Shown piece by piece: positions 1-7,155 of a stretch of DNA of 11,135 nt (position 1 is the first letter of the stretch; every line of letters starts with the position of its first letter). A model generated the notes under the pieces. That model saw nothing but the letters and a program-made list of their open reading frames with translations. It did not search any database and was not told the DNA's origin. The DNA comes from a virus (taxonomy: Duplodnaviria; Heunggongvirae; Uroviricota; Caudoviricetes). Both the position numbers and the translations under genes were made by a program. The stretch spans positions 1 to 11,135 of IMG/VR virus record IMGVR_UViG_2675903606_000019; one strand, 5' to 3'.

Positions 1-1218
1 ATGAACAAACTGAGCGATACCTTGCTAAGGAAACTTCATGGTAAGCCAGCGGAGAAAAACACGTTTTATAGTGATGGCGGAAACCTGAGCGTGAAATATT
101 TAACATCAGGGAAATTGACCTGGTATTTCACATACAGGGCCGGAACGGGAAGGGAGACACGACCCGAACGCATTAAGCTGGGAAGTTATCCTGATCTGAG
201 CCTGAAAGCAGCCAGGGAAAAAGCCGCACAGTGTCGCACATGGCTGGCTGAGGGGAAAAATCCACGTCATGAGATGAATTACACCGTACAGGAAGCGTTA
301 AAGCCCGTAACGGTTGGCGATGCGCTCACCTACTGGCTTGAGTATTACGTAAAGGAAAACCGCGTGGATTATATCGCCCTGAAAAGGCGACTTAATAATC
401 ACGTAATACAGCAGATTGGTGCTATGCCGCTGGATAAATGCGAGCTACGGCACTGGCTGGCCTGTTTTGACCAGGTGGCAAAGCGAACGCCTGTTACTGC
501 CGGATTCGTGCTACAGGCGTGCAAACAGGCGCTTAAGTTCTGCCGTAGGCGGCGCTATGCAATCAGCAACGTTCTGGACGATCTGAACGTGGCGGACGTT
601 GGGAAAAAACCGGATATAAGCGAACGTGTCTTAAGTAACAAAGAACTTGGCGAATTATTGCAGGCACTGGACAAAAAAATATTTTCCCCTTACTACGTCG
701 CGTTAATCCGCCTCCTGATTGTCTTCGGAGCCAGGACGGTAGAACTGAGGCTATCGGAGATCGGGGAGTGGGATTTTACGGAAATGCTATGGACCGTTCC
801 GAAGGAGCACAGCAAAACGAAGGTCGCAATATTCCGGCCCATACCGGAAGCGATCCTGCCGTTCGTCACGCAGCTGGTGGAGCAGAACAGGCACACGGGC
901 TTATTGCTGGGGGAAGCGAAACAGGAGGCCAGCGTATCGCAGTATGGAAGATTAGCGCACAGGAGGCTTAATCATCCTCACTGGTCACTGCATGACATCC
1001 GGCGCACCTTTACAACCATGCTGAACGATTTAGGCGTTGATCCGCATGTCGTGGAGCAGCTTACAGGTCATCAGATGCCAGGAATGCAGCGAGTTTATAA
1101 TCATTCCCGTTATCTGGATGCTAAACGCAATGCGCTGGATATGTGGACGGAGCGGTTAGGGATACTGGCGGGAACACATGAAAACGTAACCACGCTACCA
1201 GTAGCCAGAAGAAAATAA
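1..1218 (+). CDS. int: P4-family tyrosine integrase (site-specific recombinase)
   Basis: 405-aa ORF from the track. N-terminal arm-binding-type segment (GKLTWYFTYR, GSYPDLSLKAAREKA) and C-terminal tyrosine-recombinase signature (HDIRRT ... GHQMPGMQRVYNHSRY). Overall pattern matches P4/CP4-57 IntA-type integrases from memory. Confidence 0.9.
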   Translation: MNKLSDTLLRKLHGKPAEKNTFYSDGGNLSVKYLTSGKLTWYFTYRAGTGRETRPERIKLGSYPDLSLKAAREKAAQCRTWLAEGKNPRHEMNYTVQEALKPVTVGDALTYWLEYYVKENRVDYIALKRRLNNHVIQQIGAMPLDKCELRHWLACFDQVAKRTPVTAGFVLQACKQALKFCRRRRYAISNVLDDLNVADVGKKPDISERVLSNKELGELLQALDKKIFSPYYVALIRLLIVFGARTVELRLSEIGEWDFTEMLWTVPKEHSKTKVAIFRPIPEAILPFVTQLVEQNRHTGLLLGEAKQEASVSQYGRLAHRRLNHPHWSLHDIRRTFTTMLNDLGVDPHVVEQLTGHQMPGMQRVYNHSRYLDAKRNALDMWTERLGILAGTHENVTTLPVARRK

Positions 1219-1236
1219 TTTTTTTCGTGTTTTTTC

Positions 1237-1252
1237 AGTATGCGCATACTGG
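1237..1252. repeat. Perfect 16-bp palindrome CAGTATGCGCATACTG just 3' of int
   Basis: Read directly from the sequence. A T-run precedes it on the plus strand and no U-run follows, so it is more likely a protein-binding dyad than a terminator. Confidence 0.6.
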
Positions 1253-1263
1253 ATATGCGAACA

Positions 1264-1320
1264 GATACAACATGCAACAATGAGCAACAATGCGGAACAA
1301 CTACGAACAAGAGGCGAAAA
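1264..1320. repeat. Helically phased (10-bp period) AACAA/ACAA repeats, 5-6 copies
   Basis: Consecutive 10-nt blocks each end in ACAA: gatACAA / catgcAACAA / tgagcAACAA / tgcggAACAA / ctacgAACAA / gaggcgAAAA. Strict 10-bp phasing suggests same-face binding sites or a bent-DNA element in the int-alpA spacer. Confidence 0.5.
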
Positions 1321-1404
1321 AGTGTACGGATTTATAAGTGGCTGATTTTTAATGTGTTACTGGTTTTTTATACACTAGCGAATCACTCTTTAAATAGCGA
1401 GAAA

Positions 1405-1433
1405 AAAGGCATGAAACAATATTTTATGCCTTT
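1405..1433. terminator. Hairpin AAAGGCAT-N13-ATGCCTTT flanked by A-run and T-run (possible bidirectional terminator)
   Basis: 8-bp inverted repeat seen in the sequence. On the minus strand the stem is followed by UUUUUUCUC, on the plus strand by UUUGUAUU. The loop is large (13 nt), so the call is weak. Confidence 0.3.
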
Positions 1434-1592
1434 GTATTAACATGAATTTAAATGATTTTATCCTGATTATTCCTGTTTCTGTAAACCATACGACCTCAAC
1501 ATTTGCCAACTCTGAATCATCCTGACACAATCAGACACATCCCAACGCAATAGAACACGAAATAACTCTTTAAGAAACGAAAGGGGGCAATA

Positions 1593-1781
1593 GTGTTAAG
1601 CACTGATCGGTTTATACGTGAAAAAGAATGCGAAAAGCTAACAGGCCTTAGCCGCTCATGCCGCTACCGCCTGGAAAAGGCCGGACAATTCCCATCACGT
1701 CGTAAACTTGGCGGTCGTTCCGTTGGCTGGTCTTTATCCGAGGTTCTGGCCTGGAAGGATAGCTGCAAGGCAGTTCATTAA
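1593..1781 (+). CDS. alpA: AlpA-family prophage transcriptional regulator (small HTH protein)
   Basis: 62-aa ORF with GTG start at 1593 and RBS AAGGGGG about 6 nt upstream. Pattern EKLTGLSRSCRYRLEKAGQFPSRRKLGGRSVGWSLSEVLAW matches the AlpA signature (G.SR...Y.....G.FP....LG.RSVGW...E...W). Confidence 0.85.
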   Translation: MLSTDRFIREKECEKLTGLSRSCRYRLEKAGQFPSRRKLGGRSVGWSLSEVLAWKDSCKAVH

Positions 1782-1927
1782 TCACGCTGGCGGCACACAG
1801 CCGCCACACATCAATCATCTGAACACAGAGCTATAACCATGAAGATTGAATATACGCCAGAACGTGGGCGGGGATTCGTTCGCCCTGGTGAGACTGGAAA
1901 ACCACAAAATTGGGGTTTTTCAGGCAT

Positions 1928-1955
1928 AAAAAAAGCGGCCCCGAAATGGAGCCGC
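1928..1955 (-). terminator. Rho-independent terminator for the leftward small-gene operon
   Basis: GC stem GCGGC/GCCGC (1935-1939 / 1951-1955) with possible inner pairs. On the minus strand it is followed by a 7-U run (complement of A-run 1928-1934). It lies about 100 nt downstream of the minus-strand gene ending at 2051. Confidence 0.5.
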
Positions 1956-2050
1956 CTTTCTGAACAGATAACCCGCTGCGCCGTTTGTGTGTGTGATCCC
2001 AAACATAAGCACGGGGATGATAGCCGCTATCAGGCTGGTGGGCAATGCAA

Positions 2051-2239
2051 TCAGTCTGGTTCAGTTCGTTGCCATACCTGCAATGAGCGCTTTTCCCTGT
2101 ACTCTTTAAGGAATTGCTCAAGGGCAAAAGCACATGGCGCGAATCTTTCTGATTCATGTTCTATCTTTCTGCGCCGTCTTTTCCGTGCCGGTGATAATGT
2201 TTTGGTCAATTCTTTATCGGTCATTGTGTTGTCCTGCAT
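2051..2239 (-). CDS. Small basic hypothetical protein (62 aa; alternative start at 2224 gives 57 aa)
   Basis: Track ORF MQDNTMTDKELTKTLSPARKRRRRKIEHESERF... The second ATG (MTDKEL) has an AGGA RBS 7 nt upstream. Arg/Lys-rich segment suggests nucleic-acid binding. It sits second in a leftward two-gene unit ending at the terminator near 1928-1955. Confidence 0.5.
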   Translation of the reverse strand: MQDNTMTDKELTKTLSPARKRRRRKIEHESERFAPCAFALEQFLKEYREKRSLQVWQRTEPD

Positions 2240-2281
2240 AGCAATGCGCCGTAATACCTTACACCACGGCGCTGATGGTGA

Positions 2282-2461
2282 TTACTCTGGTTCTTTGGCC
2301 TTGCGCCGCTGGCGATATTCAACTTCTCGTTTTAATGCTGCAGTAACAAATTGCCCCGTACTTTCGCCAGGCATTTTTACCGCCTCAACATTGTTCATAA
2401 CTTCATGCGGAACCCTTGCCGCAACGGTTTGTGATTTTGCGTTTACTGCTTTTGTCGCCAT
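2282..2461 (-). CDS. Small hypothetical protein (59 aa, below the ORF-track cutoff), candidate switch regulator
   Basis: Hand-translated from the minus strand: MATKAVNAKSQTVAARVPHEVMNNVEAVKMPGESTGQFVTAALKREVEYRQRRKAKEPE, stop TAA. RBS GAGGGG lies 8-13 nt upstream of the ATG (complement of 2459-2461). It is the first gene transcribed leftward from the operator region. Confidence 0.5.
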   Translation of the reverse strand: MATKAVNAKSQTVAARVPHEVMNNVEAVKMPGESTGQFVTAALKREVEYRQRRKAKEPE

Positions 2462-2511
2462 GTGGTGTACCCCTCATAAAAAACAAATGCAGTATGCAGG
2501 AAAAAAAATAA

Positions 2512-2563
2512 GTGTTCAACACTTGACGTGTTTAACACCTGGGTTTAAATTGGTGTTCAACAC
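2512..2563. promoter_or_regulatory. Three near-palindromic 11-bp operator-like sites GTGTT(C/T)AACAC overlapping divergent promoter elements
   Basis: Sites at 2512-2522, 2528-2538 and 2553-2563. Rightward -35 TTGACG (2523-2528) and -10 TAAATT (2546-2551, 17-bp spacer) lie between and within the sites. On the minus strand a TTGAAC -35 lies inside site 1. The region sits between divergently oriented small genes. Confidence 0.5.
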
Positions 2564-2660
2564 CTTGTTGGCGCAAGGTGCAGAAACGACGAAACCCGGC
2601 AGTGCGCTAACACTAACCGGGCTTCTAACCACCAACGATAGCGAAAGTATCGAGGTAGCT

Positions 2661-2864
2661 ATGAGAAATAATACCACACACCCGCAAGGGCGGGATTCGC
2701 ACAACCTGAATAAATACATCTGGCGTTTTATCGCCCTGAGCACGGCACAACCGCGCGTGATTACCATTGAGGCCACCAGCGAACAGGAAGCACGCCAGCA
2801 ATCTCCGGCTGGCTGCGTGATGGTATTCGCCGCCCGTATTCGTCAAGGGGTGTGCCATGACTGA
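2661..2864 (+). CDS. Small hypothetical protein (67 aa), first gene of the rightward early operon
   Basis: ATG at 2661 preceded by GAGGT RBS. In frame with the long track ORF 1839..2864 but only this 3' part is plausible. Its stop TGA (2862-2864) overlaps the next start ATG (2857-2859), consistent with translational coupling. Confidence 0.55.
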   Translation: MRNNTTHPQGRDSHNLNKYIWRFIALSTAQPRVITIEATSEQEARQQSPAGCVMVFAARIRQGVCHD

Positions 2865-3177
2865 TATGTCAAATTACCAGTACCTGATTAATCCGCATTT
2901 TAACTGTGAGCATGATATTGCTAAAAAGGTTTATTCCGCTGCGGATGGGGCTACTGACAATATATCAATGGCTGTTTCGTCAATTGGTAGCCTGATGTGG
3001 TATGCGTCAGAAAATAAGGAATATGACGAAAAGGCCATGCGCATTGATATGGGTAATATCGGTTTGTTACTGGCAATGCTTGGACAGTTTAATATTTCGT
3101 TACGGTGCACCATTGAAAATGCCACAGATGCATTAAATGCCATAAAGAAAGCGAATACTGATTCAAATCGGGGATAA
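2857..3177 (+). CDS. Hypothetical protein (106 aa), AT-rich cargo-like gene
   Basis: Track ORF MTDMSNYQYLINPHFNCEHDIAKK... Start overlaps the upstream stop (ATGACTGA). Visibly lower GC than neighbouring genes (estimated by eye). No recognisable family signature. Confidence 0.65.
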   Translation: MTDMSNYQYLINPHFNCEHDIAKKVYSAADGATDNISMAVSSIGSLMWYASENKEYDEKAMRIDMGNIGLLLAMLGQFNISLRCTIENATDALNAIKKANTDSNRG

Positions 3178-3183
3178 ATAATC

Positions 3184-3483
3184 ATGAGAACATATTTATC
3201 TGGCTTGACTGCCAGCGGTTATGCACACCCAAAAATTATCCCCGGCGCTATTTATCTGGATAAGAACGGTAACAGAGTAACGGTAAAAGAACTGATGTTT
3301 GACCGTGTTTATTTTATCCGTGATGGATATTCATTTCTTAGTTCGCTGAACGTGGAGATCTTTATTTGCAGATTCCGGCGGGAAATCCCGACTTCCAGAA
3401 ATAACCATGTGTCACGTGTGGATGTGGATAAAAAACTACAGGAACTGAAAAACATGATTGCCGCGTGGAGAGAGCAGAAATGA
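3184..3483 (+). CDS. Hypothetical protein (99 aa), AT-rich cargo-like gene
   Basis: Track ORF MRTYLSGLTASGYAHPKIIPGAIYLDKNGNRVTVKELMFDRVYFIRDGYSF... RBS GGGGA upstream. Its stop TGA (3481-3483) overlaps the ATG (3480-3482) of the primase gene (ATGA coupling). Confidence 0.65.
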   Translation: MRTYLSGLTASGYAHPKIIPGAIYLDKNGNRVTVKELMFDRVYFIRDGYSFLSSLNVEIFICRFRREIPTSRNNHVSRVDVDKKLQELKNMIAAWREQK

Positions 3484-5603
3484 AAAAAGCGCCAAATTTA
3501 AAACACCAGCCGCGTGACAAAATGACGGAAGTCATCATTTTTGCGGGTAGTGATGCGTGGGCACATGCGAAGCAGTGGCAGGAACAGGACGGGCGACTGG
3601 CTGGCGACAGCGTGCCTCCTGTCTGGCTTGGAGAGCAACAACTTGCCGAACTGGATAAGCTGCAAATTGTGCCGGAAGGCCGAAAATCAGTACGCATATT
3701 CAGGGCCGGACATCTTGAGCCAGTAATGATCAAGGCGATTGGTCAGAAGCTGGCGGCGGCAGGCGTACAGGATGCAAATTTTTACCCTGATGGAATGCAC
3801 GGTCAGGAGGTGGAGAACTGGCGCGAATATCTAGCCCGTGAGCGGCAGAATCTTTCTGATGGTCTGGTTATTGAGTTTCCGGTAAAGAAAAAAGATACCG
3901 GAAGCCATAGCGATGACGAATTAAAGCCACGCGTTGAAAGTCGCGCCGATGGTGTTTTCTGGGTAACGCCCAAAGTGGATAAGCAGTCAGGCGAAATTAT
4001 CCGGCCTGAGACGTGGTTATGTTCTCCGCTTGAACTACTGGGAACGGGGACGATCGGTAAAGAGCATTACCGCGTGATGCGCTGGAAAAAAACCGCAAAC
4101 CATGAAGTCATCACAATGGCGATCCCGTGTGGTGGTATCGGCGACCGTGACGGCTGGCGGTTACTTAAAGATCACGGGCTGAACGTGACAACCAACGGCA
4201 AATACAGGGCAATCCTGGCGGACTGGATGCAGTTAAGCGGAAGCCATGAGGAATGGCAGTTAAGCACAACAACGGGCTGGCATTTTGGCGCGTACATCAT
4301 GCCGGACGGTTCGATCATTGGTGAATCTGAAAAACCGATCCTGTTTACCGGAAAAAGCGCCGCGATTAACGGTTATTCCGTGGCGGGCACGGCGGATGGC
4401 TGGCGCGACAGCGTGGCGCGGCTGGCTGGCGGTAATGCCTCAATGATGCTGGGTGTGGCAACGTCACTGGCAGCGCCTTTAATTGGCCTTGTGGGTGCTG
4501 ACGGCTTCGGGGTGCATCTTTTCGAACAGTCATCGGCAGGTAAGACCACCACGCAGAACATCGCATCAAGTTTATGGGGAGAGCCGGACGCGCAGCGGCT
4601 GACCTGGTACGGCACGGCGTTAGGTATTGCCAATGAGGCCGAGGCCCATAATGACGGGCTTTTACCACTGGATGAGATAGGCCAGGCCGGAAATGCGCGG
4701 GAAGTGTCAACGTCTGCTTATACGCTGTTTAACGGTTCAGGGAAATTGCAGGGGGCGAAGGATGGCGGCAACAGGGAGATCAAACACTGGCGAACGGTGG
4801 CAATCAGCACCGGAGAAATGGACGTTGAGACATTCCTCAAAAGTGAGGGGATAAAAGTTAAGGCGGGGCAGCTTGTCCGACTGCTTAACGTTCCGATGGA
4901 AAAAGCCACGAAATTTCACGAATACAGCAACGGTAAGGAACATGCTGACGCGTTAAAGGATGCCTGGACAGCAAATCACGGGGCGGCGGGTCGTGAGTGG
5001 GTTAAATGGCTGGCAGGCCACCAGCAGGAGGCAAAGGATACGGTAAGGGAATGCCGCGAACGGTGGCGCAACCTGATACCGGAGAGCTACGGCGAGCAGG
5101 TCCACCGCGTGGGTGAACGTTTCGCCATACTGGAGGCCGCGCTTGTGCTTTCCGGTCATGTAACTGGCTGGGTCGTGCAGGAATGCCGCGACGCGATACA
5201 GCATAACTTTAATGCCTGGGTGAAGGAGTTCGGCACGGGTAACAGGGAATTTAAACAGATGGTTGAACAGGCTGAGGCGTTTTTGTCGTCGTTTGGGTTT
5301 AGCCGCTACCTTCCGTACCCCAATACAGATGAGCGTGATTTACCGATTAAAGAGCTTGCCGGATACAGAAAAGGGAGCATTCGCAACGAAGATGACGAGA
5401 TGCGCTATTACACGTTCCCGCACGTGTTTGAGAGTGAGATAGCGAAGGGATTTAATCCGGCGCATTTTGCGCGTGCCCTGGATGCTGCCGGAATGCTGGA
5501 GAAGGGAAGCGATCGCCGATACAAAAAAAAGGCGCTGGGCAAGATTGGGGGTAAGCAGCATGTTTTTTACGTGCTGATGTTCCAGCCTGATGATGAAGAT
5601 TAA
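3480..5603 (+). CDS. Replication primase/helicase-type protein (P4 alpha / PICI Pri-Rep-like; NTPase with Walker A motif)
   Basis: About 707 aa (track ORF 3465..5603; the ATG at 3480 with ATGA overlap is preferred, ATG at 3465 or 3522 possible). Contains Walker A-like SSAGKTTT and is followed directly by an iteron array. Size and position match the satellite/prophage primase-helicase class. The exact domain family needs a profile search. Confidence 0.8.
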   Translation: MKKAPNLKHQPRDKMTEVIIFAGSDAWAHAKQWQEQDGRLAGDSVPPVWLGEQQLAELDKLQIVPEGRKSVRIFRAGHLEPVMIKAIGQKLAAAGVQDANFYPDGMHGQEVENWREYLARERQNLSDGLVIEFPVKKKDTGSHSDDELKPRVESRADGVFWVTPKVDKQSGEIIRPETWLCSPLELLGTGTIGKEHYRVMRWKKTANHEVITMAIPCGGIGDRDGWRLLKDHGLNVTTNGKYRAILADWMQLSGSHEEWQLSTTTGWHFGAYIMPDGSIIGESEKPILFTGKSAAINGYSVAGTADGWRDSVARLAGGNASMMLGVATSLAAPLIGLVGADGFGVHLFEQSSAGKTTTQNIASSLWGEPDAQRLTWYGTALGIANEAEAHNDGLLPLDEIGQAGNAREVSTSAYTLFNGSGKLQGAKDGGNREIKHWRTVAISTGEMDVETFLKSEGIKVKAGQLVRLLNVPMEKATKFHEYSNGKEHADALKDAWTANHGAAGREWVKWLAGHQQEAKDTVRECRERWRNLIPESYGEQVHRVGERFAILEAALVLSGHVTGWVVQECRDAIQHNFNAWVKEFGTGNREFKQMVEQAEAFLSSFGFSRYLPYPNTDERDLPIKELAGYRKGSIRNEDDEMRYYTFPHVFESEIAKGFNPAHFARALDAAGMLEKGSDRRYKKKALGKIGGKQHVFYVLMFQPDDED

Positions 5604-5625
5604 TCCCCTGTGTGAGGAAAAAAAT

Positions 5626-5941
5626 TGCGGGTTATGCGGGTTATCCTGTGTATAAGTGTATTAAGTGCATGAATATAAAGGAAACCAATAACCCGCACGT
5701 AACCCGCAAAAGGGCATTTATAACCCGCAAAAGCACGATTATAACCCGCAGGCGAATAACTGAAGTAACACCGGACAGTCATGCGTAACCCGCAGAAAAA
5801 ACCCAGTTTGCGGGTTATTTTGAGCGTTTTGCGGGTTACGTGGTGAGCAAATAATAAACAGGGTGTTTTGCAAAATACTGATATAAAAGGATAAAAAATG
5901 GTTAGCACGCTAAGATAACCCAATAACCCGCATAACCCGCA
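5626..5941. repeat. Iteron array: about 11-12 copies of TAACCCGCA in both orientations (probable replication origin)
   Basis: Reverse copies (TGCGGGTTA) at 5626-5634, 5635-5643, 5809-5817, 5830-5838. Forward copies at 5689-5697, 5700-5708, 5721-5729, 5742-5750, 5786-5794, 5924-5932, 5933-5941, plus a degenerate copy near 5914-5922. AT-rich stretches at 5855-5960. Lies immediately downstream of the primase/helicase gene. Confidence 0.75.
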
Positions 5942-5973
5942 CATGTTTCTATATATATAAATTGAGGTGGCAA

Positions 5974-6225
5974 ATGACCAGAACACGCAGAGACAGAACA
6001 GAGCCAAAATATAAAGCGTTAGACATGACTGAGCACACCTTAAAGGTGGCAATCAGAACGATAGACCGCCACACGCGGGAAGGATACGCGAAGGAACATC
6101 CCGACCTGATAAGCGCATTCATGACCACGGCGGCGGCAAACTTTGCCACGCTGACAGAACGGGAGATTGCCGAAGCGGAACAGGTAACAACCATCAACGT
6201 TAAAACCGGAGAGGTGGAATCATGA
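5974..6225 (+). CDS. Hypothetical protein (83 aa from ATG 5974; the track starts at TTG 5962)
   Basis: RBS GAGG at 5964-5967 precedes ATG 5974. Its stop overlaps the ssb start (ATGA at 6222-6225). No family recognised. Confidence 0.6.
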   Translation: MTRTRRDRTEPKYKALDMTEHTLKVAIRTIDRHTREGYAKEHPDLISAFMTTAAANFATLTEREIAEAEQVTTINVKTGEVES

Positions 6226-6632
6226 CAGCACAGATAGCGGCTTACGGTCGGCTGGTGGACGACCCGCAGGTAAAACAGACCAGCAAGGGCACACCGATGA
6301 CGCTGGCGCGTATGGCGGTATCACTGCCATGCAGTCAGGCACAGGACGGACAGGCGACGTTATGGCTATCGGTCATCGCATTTGGTAAGCAGGCCGACTT
6401 CCTGGCTAAACATCAAAAAGGCGACGTTGCCAGCGTATCCGGCACGATGCAGGTAAGCCAGTGGACCGGACAGAACGGGGAGACGCGTCAGGGTTATCAG
6501 GTTATTGCAGACAGCGTAATCAGTGCCCGTGCGGCACGTCCTGGCGGGAACAGACGCAAAACCACAGGCGCACAGGGTAATCAGCCACCAGCGGGAGGCG
6601 ATGACCCTTACGGTGATGATATTCCGTTCTGA
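6222..6632 (+). CDS. ssb: Single-stranded DNA-binding protein (SSB), short form with canonical acidic C-terminal tip
   Basis: 136 aa. OB-fold-like core (GRLVDDPQV..., W...FGKQADFL..KG..V...G......W....G..R) and C-terminus ending DDPYGDDIPF, matching the conserved SSB DDDIPF tail that recruits partner proteins. Confidence 0.85.
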   Translation: MTAQIAAYGRLVDDPQVKQTSKGTPMTLARMAVSLPCSQAQDGQATLWLSVIAFGKQADFLAKHQKGDVASVSGTMQVSQWTGQNGETRQGYQVIADSVISARAARPGGNRRKTTGAQGNQPPAGGDDPYGDDIPF

Positions 6633-6642
6633 GGGGGTGACG

Positions 6643-6915
6643 ATGGTACATGACCGCATAGCGGAAGAACTCGAAGCGAAAGGATTTTACCGGAGGGCGG
6701 CGGCGCGATGGGGTGAAGTCATGATGCTGGTGGAGACAGACAAGGAACGGCATCACATCACGATGCGACGGCTGGAATGTTCCAGGAAGGCACAGAGGCC
6801 ACCGGAGCCGCCGGATAACTTCGGAGACCTGAGAAAGGCAGTCGATCGCACTTATGCTGAAATGGGTATAGATGGTGTAAGCGATGAAATATGGCGTAAT
6901 TACCCAGGCAGCTAA
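6643..6915 (+). CDS. PerC-like small transcriptional regulator (90 aa)
   Basis: ATG at 6643 with RBS GAGGGGG 5 nt upstream (the track ORF 6523..6915 is in frame but its 5' part overlaps ssb). Motif EELEAKGFYRRAAARWGEVMM resembles the PerC-family signature (G-[FW]-[WY]-RRAA-x-RW) as I recall it. Confidence 0.55.
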   Translation: MVHDRIAEELEAKGFYRRAAARWGEVMMLVETDKERHHITMRRLECSRKAQRPPEPPDNFGDLRKAVDRTYAEMGIDGVSDEIWRNYPGS

Positions 6916-6921
6916 TCAACA

Positions 6922-6943
6922 GCCGGAGTAATCCGGCTTTTTT
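6922..6943 (+). terminator. Rho-independent terminator after the replication module
   Basis: Stem GCCGGA/TCCGGC with GTAA loop followed by TTTTTT (6938-6943). Confidence 0.7.
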
Positions 6944-6956
6944 GTACCCAAAAAAA

Positions 6957-6992
6957 GCCCGATAAGTACAGGAGGCATCTTATCGGGCTTTT
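6957..6992. terminator. Second hairpin terminator, potentially bidirectional
   Basis: 10-bp stem GCCCGATAAG/CTTATCGGGC with 12-nt loop. A-run upstream (6950-6956), TTTT downstream, and a further T8 run at 7003-7010. Confidence 0.5.
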
Positions 6993-7071
6993 GCATATGA
7001 GGTTTTTTTTGGTGCACTGACACACATGATCGGGATCATCATTTCATAATTTGCAACACAACTCAACATCA

Positions 7072-7099
7072 TTGCATAAAATGCAATCATGATTATAAT
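7072..7099 (+). promoter_or_regulatory. Strong sigma70-like promoter for the capsid operon (-35 TTGCAT, 16-bp spacer, -10 TATAAT)
   Basis: TTGCAT at 7072-7077 and a perfect TATAAT at 7094-7099. Located about 55 nt upstream of the first late-operon start codon. Confidence 0.5.
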
Positions 7100-7103
7100 C
7101 AGA

Positions 7104-7119
7104 TCTGGATGAACATCCA
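7104..7119. promoter_or_regulatory. Perfect inverted repeat CTGGATG-AA-CATCCAG at the predicted transcription start
   Basis: Seen in the sequence. Followed within 6 nt by a T6 run (GATTTTTTAAG). Could be an operator or a 5' RNA hairpin/attenuator. A second dyad, ATGATC-GG-GATCAT, lies upstream at about 7026-7039. Confidence 0.45.
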
Positions 7120-7155
7120 GTTATGATTTTTTAAGTCAAAGAGGAATTTCTTACT

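Noticed and set aside
1240-1440. 66-aa plus-strand ORF in the int-alpA spacer
   Set aside because: Its start lies inside a perfect palindrome, it has no RBS, and it reads through the phased ACAA repeats. Judged non-coding.
1839-2864. 341-aa plus-strand ORF from the track
   Set aside because: Low-complexity, Cys/Arg-rich translation. It runs antisense through two better-supported minus-strand small genes, a terminator and the operator region; only its last 67 codons (2661..2864), which have an RBS and stop-start coupling, look like a real gene.
3362-4710. Minus-strand ORFs 3362..3733 and 4366..4710 inside the primase gene
   Set aside because: Antisense to a long, well-supported CDS, with Pro/Arg/Cys/Ser-rich composition typical of out-of-frame GC-rich coding sequence.
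5626-5941. Possible CRISPR array
   Set aside because: Repeat units are only 9 nt, occur in both orientations with irregular spacing, and have no uniform spacers or cas genes.
5600-6052. 150-aa minus-strand ORF spanning the iteron region
   Set aside because: It is created by the repeat array itself, with hydrophobic repeat-derived translation and no RBS. The region is better explained as an origin.
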